From positions 544,001 through 608,000 of the forward strand of contig CAWFAK010000008.1 in assembly GCA_963813715.1 (NCBI GenBank): a stretch of DNA of 64,000 nucleotides. The letters are read 5' to 3'. The position numbers were made by a program, and so were the translations under genes. Below are positions 36,016 through 48,270 of the stretch, piece by piece (the stretch's first letter is position 1; every line of letters starts with the position of its first letter). The notes below the pieces were generated by a model. That model was not told where the DNA came from. It searched no databases and saw only the letters and a program-made list of their open reading frames with translations. This DNA comes from an uncultured Planctomycetaceae bacterium. GTDB lineage: Bacteria > Planctomycetota > Planctomycetia > Planctomycetales > Planctomycetaceae.

Positions 36016-38060
36016 GTGTGCGGCATCGCGGGAGTGGCTTGGACGGCGGACGCGGAACCGGCGTCGCCCGACGTCGTTTGGCGGATGACCGACGTCTTGT
36101 CGCACCGCGGCCCGGACGATGCCGCCGTCTATCATTCCGCAGCCGGCCGGCGCCTGCGCACGGCGAGCCGCTGCCGGATGGTCAGGCTGCGGCGGGAAAG
36201 GCCGGTGCCGCGCTCGGTTTCCGGCGGCTGGCGATCATCGATCTGGTCACGGGCCTGCAGCCGCTCTCGAACGAAGATGAAACGGTGTGGATCTCCTTCA
36301 ACGGCGAGATCTACAACTACCAGGAACTACGGCCCGATCTCGAGGCGCGGGGCCATCGCTTTCGCACCAACGGCGACACCGAAACGATCGTCCATCTGTA
36401 TGAGGAATACGGGCCACAGTGCGTCGACCGGCTTCGCGGGATGTTCGCGCTGGCCATCTGGGATGCGAGGCGACAACGGCTGTTTCTCGCTCGCGATCGG
36501 CTCGGAAAAAAGCCGCTGTTTTATCGGCACGACGGCGCACGCCTGCTTTTTGGCAGCGAGCTGAAGGCTTTGCTGCAGTTTCCCGGCGTGCCGCGGGAAG
36601 TCGATCCGGCGGCGCTCGACGCCTATCTGACCTATCAATACGTACCGCACCCCGAGTGCATTCTGCGGGGTTATCAGAAGCTGCCACCCGGACACTGGGC
36701 GATTTACGAGAACGGCCGGCTCGAGGTCGAGCGTTACTGGACGCCTCCTTACGCTGCGCCTCCCGCTTCCGCCAACGGAAACGGCCACGGTTTGTCACAG
36801 CAGCGGTCGTACGAGCAATGGCAAGCCGAGCTGCGCTCCACGCTCACCGAGGCCGTTCGTTTGCGGCTGCGGAGCGACGTGCCTCTGGGAGCGTTTTTGT
36901 CGGGGGGCATCGATTCGACGATCATCTCCGGCTTGATGCAGCGGCTCTCCAGCCAGCCGATTCACACGTTCTCGATCGGCTTTCCGGTCAAGAAATTCGA
37001 TGAAACGTCCTACGCCCGCGAGGCGGCGGCCTTCCTGGGCACGCAGCATCACGAGCAGATCGTCGAGCCGCACGCCCTGTCGATCCTCCCCAAGCTCATC
37101 TGGCACTACGACGAGCCGTTCGCCGACAGCTCGGCCATTCCGATGATGTATTTGTCGGAGATGACGCGACGCGAAGTGACGGTCGCTCTCTCCGGCGACG
37201 GCGGGGACGAGCTGTTTTGCGGCTACGACCGCTATCGGGCCGTGCGGATCGCGGAGCGGACCGATCGCCTGCCGGGCTGGGTCAAACGATTCCTCTCGGC
37301 TCCGCTGTGGCAGCGGTTCCCGAGTTCGGTGGAGCAAAAATCGTTTCGCCGTCGCGTGAAGCGGCTGCTGGCCGAGCTGTCGAAACCGCCCGAGCGGCGC
37401 TACCTGCGGTGGATCAACATTTTTGATGAGGGCCGCCGCCAGGCCCTGTACACGGACGACTTTCGCGCGCGGTTGGGGGCGATCGACTCGGCCGACTTTC
37501 TGCTCGACGGCCTACCGCGAATGCCCCGACCGCGACTTCATCACGCGGACAACCTGCGCGGACGTGCTGACCTATCTCCCCTGCGACATCCTCACGAAGG
37601 TCGACATCGCCACGATGGCCTACGGGCTCGAGGGCCGCTGCCCGTTCCTGGACACGCAGGTGGCCGAGCTGGCCGCCCGCATGCCGATCGAGCTGAAGCA
37701 GACGGCGTCCGGCGGCAAGCGAATCCTGATCGACACGTTCCGCGACCTGTTGCCGCCGTCGATTCAAAACCGCGCGAAGATGGGCTTCGGCGTGCCGCTG
37801 GATAGCTGGTTCCGGGGCGAATTGCGACCGCTGCTGCACGACACGCTGCTGGATTCGCGGAGCCTCTCGCGCAGGATTCTTTAAGCCCGAGAGCGTTCGC
37901 CGGCTAGTCCAGGAGCACGACGAGCGGCGCTGGGACCACAGCTATCGGCTGTGGGCCCTGCTGTGCTTCGAGCTGTGGCAGCGGACGTGGCTGGATCGAC
38001 TTCTCCGCCGCTCCGCCTCAATCGCCGGTCGCCAACATTGTGCACGCCGCAACCGTCTGA
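36016..38060 (+). CDS. asnB: Asparagine synthase (glutamine-hydrolysing) family amidotransferase (about 3 frameshifts; end approximate)
   Basis: GTG-CGIAG, HRGPD, RRLAIID, FNGEIYN, RDRLGKKPL, FLSGGIDS, SGDGGDELF, KMGFGVP. Confidence 0.9.
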
Positions 38061-38260
38061 GGAATGGCGACGTCCAGGACGACCTGAGAGCGAAAAAGAG
38101 CTGCGTCCCCTTTTGTTGCTCAACAACGCACGGAAGCGGAGCGCACGATCGGGGCTACGTTTACACGCGGCCGAAGCGGACGCAGGGCAAAAGCAGAAGA
38201 GGACGCTCGAAAATAGGTTCCTGACACCTCCTTCTTTTTTTCGGACTCGATTCCGCGTCG

Positions 38261-38764
38261 CTACCGTTTAGTGTCAGGATGAACGCCGATAACCTCCCAT
38301 TGATCCTGGCACGTGGGCTGAGCCAGGTTATCGGCAAAATGGAACTGATAGTGCGTGATCTCAAGCGAGTCCAACGTGAACCGGTACCGTTGACCGCTCA
38401 CGGTGGGCGGCCCAAACGATCTTCTCGTATTTGGAACTTCCACGCCGTTCAGCGTTTGCCAATATTCACCTTGCAGGACTCCCGCATTCGAGTTCACGTA
38501 GACATACAAGGGCGGCCACTCAACCGGCACGTTCAAACGATCGACAGTTATTTCCGGACCACCTTGCCTTTCCGTCAGATGGTCAATTTGGACGTAACAG
38601 GGCGTAGCCGTCGTACGGTAAGCCTGACCGTACGTCCCTGTCGGACAACAGTACGTCCACTGGCAGCAGCACCTTCGCATCCGACACGATCTCTTGGCCT
38701 CCGCATTGCCACCGAACCACAAAACGGCACAAATGATGATCGCAAGTACGAAAAAACGCCTCAT
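38261..38764 (-). CDS. Hypothetical secreted protein with Cys-rich N-terminus
   Basis: Signal peptide MRRFFVLAIIICAVLWFGGNAEA then CRMRRCCCQWTYCC; visibly lower GC. Confidence 0.55.
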   Translation of the reverse strand: MRRFFVLAIIICAVLWFGGNAEAKRSCRMRRCCCQWTYCCPTGTYGQAYRTTATPCYVQIDHLTERQGGPEITVDRLNVPVEWPPLYVYVNSNAGVLQGEYWQTLNGVEVPNTRRSFGPPTVSGQRYRFTLDSLEITHYQFHFADNLAQPTCQDQWEVIGVHPDTKR

Positions 38765-39314
38765 GGGACCACTCCGATCGTTCTGACGAGAGGTGTAATG
38801 AAAGTAACGGCCTGGATATCCATCGAAGCCGCGCCATTCTGCGGCTCTTTGCTCGCCGAAATCAAGCCGTTTTCACTGTCCTGCGTGTCTGATCCCTCTT
38901 TGTTGCCAATCTCCTGGACACCGCGCCTATGCCGTGCGGCAGGGCTGGTTTCTGTCACTTACAGTCTCGATGCCTTCCGGCGCGGCCTCGACCGAGATCC
39001 GTCGCCGCTGGAGCGCAATTCGCACCGCGAGGTTTTCTGCACCACGCTCGACGGTCCGGCGGGCGATGCTTATCCCGCGACGCCTGTGTTCGACGTCGAG
39101 CTTTGCACTTCACGCTTGAGTTCAACGACATCGACGTGGCGCTGGCTTATCGAGCAAAAAGAGGAAGCAACTCTTTATTGCTGAGTCTTCGTCGTCACAC
39201 TTCTGCACTCCCGGACTTCCGAAAAGCGGGTCGCCCGGGCCACGGCCGGTCTTCGTGGGAATGTCAAAATCGAATCCGCTTCGCCGCCCGTTTGAGGCCG
39301 CCGGGTGCCGCGGG

Positions 39315-39955
39315 CTACCGGTCGCGTGAAGCCGCAATCCGCCCCATCCGTCCGCTTCGATAGTCGTCGATCGTCTGGCGGATTTCTTCCTGCGTCCGCG
39401 TCTTGCCAGCGTTCCAGATGGTGTCCATGAACTCATGATGGCCGATCCGGCTCACTCCACGCGCGATCGCGGCCATGATGGCCCACCAGTCGCCGTGCTT
39501 CAGAGCGTGCGACGGAATCCAAAGGCCGGGCAACGCCGTGCTCATGATCAGCTCGTTATCGGCAGTTGTGATCACCGAGAACTTGCCGTCGATCAGACGA
39601 TTCCAGATCCACTCAAGTGGCTCCGTGAGGCGGACGGCGACGTACTCGATCACTGCGGCCCGCTCGAAGCATTCGCGCCGGTGTTCGTAGTCGAGCAGGT
39701 CGTTTTCCGGGAAAACGTCCAGGACAAAATTGGGCGGTCCCTTGAAAACGTCGTACGACGGCTCGGGTCGCATTGCTTGAGCGGACCGTGGTTGACCTGG
39801 ACGACGATGCCGGGACAGAACCGGGTGCCGTCATCCAATTGGACCGTCGCGTGGACGCAACAGTACAAGCCGGGCGAGAACAGCCGGTAGTAGTTGATGC
39901 ACGTTGCGAGATCGGTCAACAGCGCGGATTGACCAACATCGAGTTCACGGGACAT
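39315..39955 (-). CDS. Uma2/DUF820 family endonuclease-like protein (frameshift near 39775)
   Basis: GPPNFVLDV, ERAAVIEYV, STALPGLWI. Confidence 0.65.
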
Positions 39956-40025
39956 AACGGCACCTCTTGGGGGGAATGACCAGCTTACCGGAACCGTGCC
40001 TGACACCTTTTCCTCTCTGCTAAGC

Positions 40026-40135
40026 GTGGCGGGGACGCTCCGCCTTGCGGAAGCCCCGTTTGCCTGTTTGCAATCGCGCCGCTGACCTTCGGCAAAGTCC
40101 CGGGGTTTCCGCAAGCGGAGCGCCTGGGCCACCCC
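40026..40135. repeat. Palindromic dispersed repeat (REP-like family D)
   Basis: CGCTCCGCCTTGCGGAAGCCCCG...CGGGGTTTCCGCAAGCGGAGCG; related copy at 59158-59229. Confidence 0.6.
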
Positions 40136-40204
40136 ACCAGATTACGATTGAAGGGGGACCGAGCAGGAGCCCGTTCACCGGACGGTTGGGCCCTTCCCCT
40201 GGCG

Positions 40205-40232
40205 TTGAAATATCCGCGGGCATTGTTAGAGT
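40205..40232 (+). promoter_or_regulatory. Putative rpsO promoter
   Basis: TTGAAA-16 nt-TAGAGT with TG extended -10. Confidence 0.45.
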
Positions 40233-40357
40233 ATCGAACTGAAACAGTCGAGGTATCAAATTCGGACCGAAAGTGCTCTTTGTCGGGCTTTTCCGTCAGG
40301 TTCAGACGTTGAATTTTGGACGGAAAGCATTCTGCAGCAGCGAGTTGGGATCGCAGC

Positions 40358-40627
40358 ATGAAGATGACTGAGGATCGGAAGACCGAGCTGATTCGCCAAT
40401 ATCAGCGGACCGAGGCGGACACCGGGTCTCCGGAAGTACAGATTGCCGTTTTGACCGAGCGCATCTCCAACTTGACCGAGCACTTGCAGACCCATCAAAA
40501 GGATCACGCGAGCCGGCGAGGCCTGCTGATGCAGGTCCATAAGCGTAAGCGCCTGCTTGAGTACCTGCGACGGACGGATCCCGAACGATTCCGCGACATC
40601 AAGAATAAGCTTTCGATCCGGAAGTAG
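40358..40627 (+). CDS. rpsO: 30S ribosomal protein S15
   Basis: [34 protein letters not shown]. Confidence 0.98.
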   Translation: MKMTEDRKTELIRQYQRTEADTGSPEVQIAVLTERISNLTEHLQTHQKDHASRRGLLMQVHKRKRLLEYLRRTDPERFRDIKNKLSIRK

Positions 40628-40855
40628 TTCGTCGCTTGGTTTCGTGTCACGTATTTCGAGCCTGGCGCATGGTGCGCAGCGGCTTGAAGTCAGGTCACTC
40701 GCATTTCGGCAGACCTGCAATCGGGCAGGCTTGTCTGCTCGGCGGCTCGCGCGAGTCGCGGCGAGGTCGGCCGGTTCGTGGTCCGCGCTGCGGGGTTGCC
40801 GCAGAGGGCGGCGCGCACGAGATCCAAGCGCCAAGAGTCATTGAGGAAAATATTT

Positions 40856-43003
40856 GTGAAAGTCACTGTTGAACGTGAAATCGGGGGCCGCACCTTTAGT
40901 CTGACAACCGGCGAAATCGCCAAGCAGGCCAGCGGGGCCGTGCTGGTGCAATTGGGAGAAACCGTCGTCTTTGTCGCCGCCCAATCGGGCCCTCCCCGCC
41001 CCGGCATCGATTTCTTCCCGCTCACCGTCGATTACCGCGAGCGCCTGGCTGCCGCCGGCCGCTTTCCGGGCGGCTTCCTCAAACGCGAAGGACGGCCGAC
41101 GACCCGCGAAATCCTGACCAGCCGGCTCACCGACCGGCCGCTGCGTCCGCTCTTCCCGGAAGGCTTCAACGACGAGGTGCAGATCCAGGGGCAATGCATC
41201 GCGTGCGACCCGGAGAACGATCCGGACGTGCTCTCCGTCACTGGGGCTAGCGCTGCCCTCTGCGTGTCGAACATTCCCTTCAACAATCCGATCGCCGCCG
41301 TCCGCGTCGGCCAGGTGGACGGACGCTGGATCATCTTTCCGACGCAGGAAGAGCTCAAGACGAGCACGCTCGACCTGATCGTCGCCGGCAGCAAAGACTC
41401 GGTGCTGATGATCGAGGGCTTCGGGCAGGAAATCCCCGAAGACAAGATGGTCGAAGCCATCATGTTCGGGCACCGCGAAATCGTGAAGCTGTGCGAGCTG
41501 CAGGATGAACTCGTGTCGAAGGCCGGCGTCAAGCCGACCGTCTTCGAGGCTCCGGCCGCCAATCCGTTCATCGCGATCCTGGAAAGCCGGCGCCTCGACA
41601 AGCTGAAGGCCCTCAAGCAGAACCCCAGCAAGGCCGAACGGCACTCGGCGACGGACGAGCTCAAGGCAGCCCTGGCGAAGGAATTCTTCCCCGAGGGGGC
41701 CGACGTCGACGCCGAAGGCCGCACCAAGCTGCAATTCAACGTCGCCTTCTACGACATCGAAGGCAAGGCCGTCCGCGGCCTGTTGCTCGAGGGCAAACGT
41801 CTCGACGGCCGGGCGACCGACGAGCTCCGCAACGTCAGCTGCGAGGTCGGCGTGCTGCCCCGCGTGCACGGGTCGGCCCTCTTCACCCGCGGCGAAACGC
41901 AGTCGCTGGCGACCGTCGCCCTGGGCACCCCCCGCGACAAGCAGCGGGTCGACGGCCTCTTCGGCGAAGTCTCCAACCGCTTCATGCTGCACTACTACTT
42001 CCCCTCCTATTCGGTGGGCGAAGTGCGGCCGATCCGCGGACCGGGACGGCGTGAAATCGGCCACGGCTGCCTGGCGGAACGCTCCGTCGAGCGGATCATC
42101 CCGGCCGAGGAACGCTTCCCCTACACGATCCGCATCATCTCCGATATCACCGAGTCCAACGGCTCCAGCTCGATGGCGAGCGTCTGCAGTGCCACCCTCT
42201 CGATGATGGACGCCGGCGTGCCCATCGTTCAGCCGGTCGCCGGCGTGTCGATCGGCCTGGTCAAAGAATCCGACGACCGCTTCACCCTGCTGACCGACAT
42301 CATGGGTGACGAGGACCACTTCGGCGACATGGACTTCAAGGTCGCCGGCACGCAGCGCGGCGTGACCGGCATCCAGCTGGACCTCAAGATCGACGGCATC
42401 AGCGAGAAAATCATCCGCGAGACGCTGCAGCAGGCACACACGGCCCGCCGCGAGCTGTTGCGGACGATGCTCGGCGTGATCCGCAAGCCGCGGGGAGACA
42501 TTTCTCCGTACGCACCGCGGCTCACGCAGATCAAGATCGATCCGGAAAAGATCGGTCTCTTGATCGGCCCGGGCGGCAAGACAATCCGCAGCATCCAGGA
42601 AGCGTCGAAAGTCACGATCGACGTGCAGGACGACGGCACGGTGACCGTGGCCGGCCTGAACGGCCCGTCGGTCGAGGAGGCCCTGGCGACCATCGAGGCT
42701 CTGACCGAGGAAATCAAGGTCGGACGCATCTACGAAGGGACCGTCAGCTCAGTGAAGGACTTCGGCGCCTTCATCGAGATTGCTCCCGGCAAGGACGGCC
42801 TGTGCCACATCAGCGAGCTGTCGGACGGTTACGTCAAGAACGTCACCGACGTTTGCCGCGTCGGCGACAAGCTGTCGGTGAAAGTCATCGCGGTCGACGA
42901 TCAGAATCGGGTCAAGCTGTCGCGGAAGGCCGTCCTGGCCGAGGCCGCAGCCCGTGCCGGCGGCAATGGTGACGGCGACGCCGAGGGCGATCGAGCGAAT
43001 TAG
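40856..43003 (+). CDS. pnp: Polyribonucleotide nucleotidyltransferase
   Basis: DFFPLTVDYRE, HGSALFTRGETQ, GRREIGHG, ESNGSSSMAS, GDMDFKVAG, KH and S1 domains. Confidence 0.98.
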   Translation: MKVTVEREIGGRTFSLTTGEIAKQASGAVLVQLGETVVFVAAQSGPPRPGIDFFPLTVDYRERLAAAGRFPGGFLKREGRPTTREILTSRLTDRPLRPLFPEGFNDEVQIQGQCIACDPENDPDVLSVTGASAALCVSNIPFNNPIAAVRVGQVDGRWIIFPTQEELKTSTLDLIVAGSKDSVLMIEGFGQEIPEDKMVEAIMFGHREIVKLCELQDELVSKAGVKPTVFEAPAANPFIAILESRRLDKLKALKQNPSKAERHSATDELKAALAKEFFPEGADVDAEGRTKLQFNVAFYDIEGKAVRGLLLEGKRLDGRATDELRNVSCEVGVLPRVHGSALFTRGETQSLATVALGTPRDKQRVDGLFGEVSNRFMLHYYFPSYSVGEVRPIRGPGRREIGHGCLAERSVERIIPAEERFPYTIRIISDITESNGSSSMASVCSATLSMMDAGVPIVQPVAGVSIGLVKESDDRFTLLTDIMGDEDHFGDMDFKVAGTQRGVTGIQLDLKIDGISEKIIRETLQQAHTARRELLRTMLGVIRKPRGDISPYAPRLTQIKIDPEKIGLLIGPGGKTIRSIQEASKVTIDVQDDGTVTVAGLNGPSVEEALATIEALTEEIKVGRIYEGTVSSVKDFGAFIEIAPGKDGLCHISELSDGYVKNVTDVCRVGDKLSVKVIAVDDQNRVKLSRKAVLAEAAARAGGNGDGDAEGDRAN

Positions 43004-43045
43004 AACTTCACAGTTGAGCGGCCGCTCGATCGTAAGACCGCCGGC

Positions 43046-43891
43046 GTGGTTTCTGAGAACCGATGGCGGACTCCTCCAGCTCGAACGATCAAGTCTTCGG
43101 CGCACGAGCCGATCGGCGAAGGTCCGGATCCGTCCGGGCCTTCCGCCGCGGCGCGCCGACCGATTCGGCCCGGACTGCGCGGACCTGCCGGGGCCGGCGG
43201 CGGCCAGCTTCGCCGGCAATTTGAAGAGGTCGCCGCGCTGGCCGGCGGCCTCGCTCACGAAATTCGCAATCCGCTCTCCACGATGGGCATGCTGCTGGAA
43301 TTGATGGCCGAGGACCTGGCGGCCGCGGAAACTCCCCGCGACCGCCGCATCCTCACGCAGCTCAAAACGCTGCAGCGCGAATGCCAGCACCTGGAGGACA
43401 TCCTCAACGCGTTTTTGCAGTTCGCCCGCGTGGGCGAGGTGGACCTGGTCGAGTCGGACGTCAACCAGCTCGTCCGCGACTTCATCGAGTTCTACAAGGC
43501 CGAGGCCCACGATCACGGCATCGAAATCAGTCCGCACCTGGCGTCCGATTTGCCCCCCGTGCGGGCCGACCGTTCGCTCTTCCGCCAAATGCTGCTGAAT
43601 CTCGCGCTGAACGCTCAGCAGGCGATGCCCGACGGCGGCATCATGGAGCTGCAGACGAGCGTGAGCGACGGCTGGATTCAACTGGCCCTCATCGACAACG
43701 GCATCGGCATGGACGAGGCGACGCAGGCCCGGCTGTTCGACGTCTTTTTCTCCACGCGAGTGGGAGGCAGCGGGCTCGGTTTGCCGACCGTTCGTAAAAT
43801 TGTCGAAGCGCACCAGGGACGCATCGCCTGTCAAAGCGAGCCGGGACGGGGAACCCGGTTTGTGATCTCGCTTCCCCCGGCCCAGCCATGA
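43046..43891 (+). CDS. Sensor histidine kinase (NtrB-like, cytoplasmic)
   Basis: [28 protein letters not shown]. Confidence 0.9.
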   Translation: MVSENRWRTPPARTIKSSAHEPIGEGPDPSGPSAAARRPIRPGLRGPAGAGGGQLRRQFEEVAALAGGLAHEIRNPLSTMGMLLELMAEDLAAAETPRDRRILTQLKTLQRECQHLEDILNAFLQFARVGEVDLVESDVNQLVRDFIEFYKAEAHDHGIEISPHLASDLPPVRADRSLFRQMLLNLALNAQQAMPDGGIMELQTSVSDGWIQLALIDNGIGMDEATQARLFDVFFSTRVGGSGLGLPTVRKIVEAHQGRIACQSEPGRGTRFVISLPPAQP

Positions 43892-45375
43892 CGACCGCCA
43901 AGAAAACCGACACGGCCACCATCGACCCGCCGAAAACCGACGGCACGAAAGCCGACCCCAAGAAAGGCGACCCGGGCGATCTGTCGGGCATTCCGATCCG
44001 CGTGCTGATCGTGGATGACGACGAGGCCCACGCCCAGGCCGTCGCGGAAAGTCTCAAGCGGATCAACTGCGACTGCGCGGTGGCAACGTCCGGCGCCGGA
44101 GGCATCGCGCTGATCGAGAGCGAGAACGACTTCGACGTCGTCGTCACCGACATGAAGATGGACGAAGTCGACGGCCTGGAAATTCTCCGCAAGAGCAAGG
44201 AGGAGCTGCCCGACGCGGAGGTAATCGTCGTCACCGGGCACGGCTCGATCACGTCGGCCGTCACGGCCATGCAGCACGGCGCCAACACGTATCTTTCCAA
44301 GCCGCTCGACATCAACGAGCTGCGGGCGGCCGTGCAAAAAGCGTCGACGCGCGTGCGGCTCATCCGTCGCAATGCCGAGCTCAACCGGCGGCTCGACGAG
44401 CGATTCGGCTTTGAGGGAGTGATCGGCTCCAGCCCCCAGATGCAAAAGGTGATCGAGATTCTAAAGTCGGTCGCCCCGACCGATAGCACGGTGATGATCC
44501 ACGGCGAGAGCGGCACGGGCAAGGAGCTGGTCGCCCGGGCCCTGCATCAAAACAGCCCGCGTAAGAGCAAGCCGTTCGTTCCGCTCAATATTTCGGCGTT
44601 GCCCAGCAGCATCCTCGAAAGCGAGCTGTTCGGCCACGAGCAGGGGGCCTTCACCGGCGCCGTCGGCCGGCGGATCGGCAAGTTCGAGTTCGCCAACGGC
44701 GGCACGCTGTTCCTCGACGAAGTCGGCGAGATGCCGATGGAGACGCAAATCAAGCTCTTGCGCGTGCTCGAAGATCGCAAGGTTACGCGCGTCGGCTCCA
44801 ACGAAGAACACGAGGTCAACGTGCGGCTCGTGGCCGCGACCAACGCCGATCTCAAGGCGATGATCGAAAAGAAATCATTCCGCGGTGATCTTTACTATCG
44901 GCTGTCGGTGGTCAACATCCCGTTGCCGCCGCTGCGTGACCGCCGCAGCGATATTCCGCTCTTGATGGAGCACTTCCGCAAAGACATCTGCGGGCGGATG
45001 CATAAGGAGGTCGTCGGTTTCAGCAAGGCGGCCCGTCAGGCGCTGATTTCCTACGATTGGCCCGGCAATATCCGCCAACTCCGCAACAGCGTCGAGCGAA
45101 TGATCGTGCTTGATTCCGACAGCTTGCTGGACGTCGACGACCTACCCGACGAAATCGCCGTGCTCGCCCGCCGCGACGGCGACACCACCGGCATGCCGGC
45201 CGTCCCCGGCAGCGACTCGCTGATTGGCCGCCCCTTGAACGAAGTCGAACGCTATTACATCCACCGCGCGCTGGAGCTGACGGAAGGCAAACGCGAGGAA
45301 GCGGCCCAACTCCTGGGAATGGGCGAACGCACGCTCTACCGCAAGATCAAAGAGTACGGTCTCAAGAACTACTGA
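43888..45375 (+). CDS. Sigma54-dependent response regulator (NtrC/ZraR family)
   Basis: Receiver, [29 protein letters not shown], Fis HTH TLYRKIK. Confidence 0.95.
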   Translation: MTTAKKTDTATIDPPKTDGTKADPKKGDPGDLSGIPIRVLIVDDDEAHAQAVAESLKRINCDCAVATSGAGGIALIESENDFDVVVTDMKMDEVDGLEILRKSKEELPDAEVIVVTGHGSITSAVTAMQHGANTYLSKPLDINELRAAVQKASTRVRLIRRNAELNRRLDERFGFEGVIGSSPQMQKVIEILKSVAPTDSTVMIHGESGTGKELVARALHQNSPRKSKPFVPLNISALPSSILESELFGHEQGAFTGAVGRRIGKFEFANGGTLFLDEVGEMPMETQIKLLRVLEDRKVTRVGSNEEHEVNVRLVAATNADLKAMIEKKSFRGDLYYRLSVVNIPLPPLRDRRSDIPLLMEHFRKDICGRMHKEVVGFSKAARQALISYDWPGNIRQLRNSVERMIVLDSDSLLDVDDLPDEIAVLARRDGDTTGMPAVPGSDSLIGRPLNEVERYYIHRALELTEGKREEAAQLLGMGERTLYRKIKEYGLKNY

Positions 45376-45626
45376 GACTTTTTTCGTCTGCCCGCGTGGT
45401 GTGAGACCGGGCGGCCTCGCCTCAAGCACGGACGTCCTAGCGGAAGTCCTTACGCTCATCAAAGATTGATCTGCGCTGGCCCCGCGACTAAGGTAATGTC
45501 TTAGTCGCGTGCAGGACGCGTCTCGTCCGCAGAAAGGGCTGCGCCCACCTGCTCTATCGAGGCACCCCTCTTTACTGACCTTCCTCTTTCGCCTGATTGC
45601 GGACCAGGCACACGAAGGAGGATGTC

Positions 45627-47102
45627 TTGAATCTCGAACAACAGAAGAAGCAGGCCCGCGAGCTCTTGCGGGCGATCCGGTCCGGGAACGCAAACGCGCT
45701 CTCTCGTCTGCGGCGGCACCACGCGCGCTGGGCGGCATTGGACGAAAGCGCCGTACGCCAACTCATTTCTTTGCACGATGCGCAATTCGTTCTCGCTCGT
45801 GAACAAGGGTTCGCCAGTTGGCCCAAGCTCAAGGCCTACGCCGAGCCGTCTTCGGGCGCACGGCCCACACGATTGTTCGTAGCGGATGTTGCCTGGATTA
45901 CAGACCGCGTCCATGGCTTGCTTCGAACGCGGTCTTCGGCGGGTCCTGCAGCGCTGGAGCAAATTCGAGAATGGCACCCGCGTTTCTCCGATTGGAGCGA
46001 CGAAGAAATTCGCCAAGCCCCCTTCACGGAAGAGGATGCCCGATTGGTCTACGCTAGGGAGCACGGCTTCGAAACCTGGGATGACCTGACCAGGCGTGTG
46101 AATCTCCTTGCGGCGAACCCCGCGACAGCGGCGACGGAACCGTTCATGGCTTCCTTCGTCGCGCTGAAGTCGGGCAACGCGGCCGCCTTCGAAGCTCTGC
46201 TCCGCGCGAACCCTCGTCTGGTCAACGAGCGCGGGACAAATGGGAACACGCTGCTGAATCTCGCTGTCAGCTTCGCCGGCAAGGCGGATTGGCACGGCGG
46301 GCTGTCTCCGATTGCGACTTTGCTGGCCGCCGGCGCCGATGTCAACGAGGCCAACGATCGGGGTTGGACGCCGCTCCATGCGGCCGCCTACTCCAACCAA
46401 CCGGAAATTGCGTCCTTGCTGGCGGAAAAAGGTGCGGCCCTGGACGCGGAAGCACACGGTGCGGGTGGCACTCCGTTGATTGCCGCGCTGTTTTGGGGTC
46501 ATCGTGAGGTGGCCGATTTGCTCGGTCGCCATTCGGTGGCTCCAAACAATCTCCGCGCCGCTGCCGGGCTTGGCATCCCCGAGTTGGTGGATGCCTGCAT
46601 CCAATCCGACGGCACACTAACTCCCGAAGCCTGTGCTGCCAGAGGCTTTTACCGTCCGCACAGCGGTTTCCCGGACTGGCAGCCTTCGTCAGATCCGCAG
46701 GAGGTTCTCGATGAGGCACTGGTGTGGGCCTGCAAGAGTGACCGCTTGCTCGTCCTCGAGCGGCTCGTCAAAGCGGGTGCGCGGCTGAATGCCGATCCTT
46801 ATCGAGGCACGCCTCTGATCTGGGCCGCGGCCTGCAATCGTGCGGAAACCGTCGCATGGCTGTTGGACCACGGCGCGAGCATCAATCAGAAAGCGACCTT
46901 TGGCGGACTCACACACGGGCAGGGAGTCACGGCTCTCCATATTGCGGCCCAGTCCGGACACCTGCCTGTGCTCAAGCTCCTGATCGAGCGCGGCGCCGAT
47001 CCCTCGATCAAAGAGGACCTCTACCATTCGACTGCCGAGGGGGGCGCAGCGTTCTTTGGCCAGGAAGCAGCGCGGGACTATTTGCACTCGTTGGGCACAT
47101 AG
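45627..47102 (+). CDS. Ankyrin repeat protein
   Basis: LNLEQQKKQARELL, AREQGFASW, GWTPLHAAA, TALHIAA; TTG start after GGAGGA. Confidence 0.88.
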   Translation: MNLEQQKKQARELLRAIRSGNANALSRLRRHHARWAALDESAVRQLISLHDAQFVLAREQGFASWPKLKAYAEPSSGARPTRLFVADVAWITDRVHGLLRTRSSAGPAALEQIREWHPRFSDWSDEEIRQAPFTEEDARLVYAREHGFETWDDLTRRVNLLAANPATAATEPFMASFVALKSGNAAAFEALLRANPRLVNERGTNGNTLLNLAVSFAGKADWHGGLSPIATLLAAGADVNEANDRGWTPLHAAAYSNQPEIASLLAEKGAALDAEAHGAGGTPLIAALFWGHREVADLLGRHSVAPNNLRAAAGLGIPELVDACIQSDGTLTPEACAARGFYRPHSGFPDWQPSSDPQEVLDEALVWACKSDRLLVLERLVKAGARLNADPYRGTPLIWAAACNRAETVAWLLDHGASINQKATFGGLTHGQGVTALHIAAQSGHLPVLKLLIERGADPSIKEDLYHSTAEGGAAFFGQEAARDYLHSLGT

Positions 47103-47111
47103 CTCGGCCTT

Positions 47112-47186
47112 TCCGCCAGTGTCTGCCTCCGCATCAATAACCACTGGCGGACAAGCCGCCAGTGCCACCCACCGCCAGTGCCACCC
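47112..47186. repeat. REP-like hairpin family E
   Basis: CACTGGCGG-ACAAG-CCGCCAGTG-CCACCC plus partial duplicates of CCGCCAGTG, between convergent genes. Confidence 0.65.
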
Positions 47187-47191
47187 AGCAC

Positions 47192-48270
47192 TCAGCGATG
47201 GGCGAGATGCGCGTACTCCGCCAACGGCAATTCGACGCGCGTTTGCGAGGCCGCGCTGCGGGCGACCGCCTCGGTGAACTCCATGTAGCGCACGCCCGTC
47301 GCGAAGTCGGTGAATCGCACCGTTTCGTAGCCGCGGATCGCCCCGACAAATTCGGCCTCGACCCGCCAGCCGCCCTGTTTCTCGGGCGGAATGTCGAATT
47401 CGAGCAGTTGCGTTTCGCCCACGCGGCCGGTGAGCAGACGCTCGGCGGGAGTCGCCTCGTAGCGCAGCGTCGCCTCGCTGCCGTAGAGATGAATCTGGTT
47501 TCCGGGCCCGAAACGGCAGACGCCGCTCAGGTGGTAAAGGCCCCGTCCGCCATTTTCCAGGTCCGTCAGAATCTGCACGCTATCGGGAATCGTGACCTCG
47601 GCCGGTCGCGCGGCGTCGCCGTGTCCGCTCGGCCGCGTCTTTGTGAAGGTCTGCGTCCGCGCGAACACGCTGACGGGCGGCGGAGCCCAGCGGAGCAACG
47701 TTTCGTGCAGGATGCCCAGCGCCAGCACGTTATAGCCGCTCTTGTCGATCTCCTGTCGCCAATGCAGCGGAGCGTCGGAATTGGCGAAGGCGTCGTTGGC
47801 GCCGATCACCACGACCTCGCGAATGTCTCCGAAAAAACCGTCGCGGAGCATGTCGCGCACGTACTCGTTCTGCACCAGTCCGAACGGGCTGGGGACGATT
47901 TGCTTGACCAGATCCGGATGACGATGCGCGGTGTCGGCCATGCGATGGGCCTCGGCGGCGTTGCGCGCATCCGCGCCTCGGTCAACACGTGCTTGCCGGC
48001 ATCGAGCGCCGCGCAGGTGATCTCGCAATGCAGGTTCGGCCAGGTGCCGATGCAGACGGCGTCGACGTCGCCATCCGCGATCAAGTCCTGCCAGCGCGGA
48101 TACGTGCGAGAAATTCCCAGCTCGCGCGCGGCGCGGGCCGTCGATTCGGGTGTGCTGTTGACGACGCCGACCAGCTCGACGTCCGCCAGCGCGCGAAAAC
48201 CGGGAACGTGCCGTTCGCGCGTGTTTTTGCCGGCGCCAATGAGCCCAATTCGCACGCGCTGTTCGGCCAT
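47192..48270 (-). CDS. Gfo/Idh/MocA oxidoreductase (frameshift near 47970)
   Basis: [35 protein letters not shown]. Confidence 0.88.

Noticed and set aside
36016..38060. asnB as a lasso-peptide cyclase
   Set aside because: It keeps the N-terminal Cys glutaminase domain, and no B protein, RRE or precursor is nearby.
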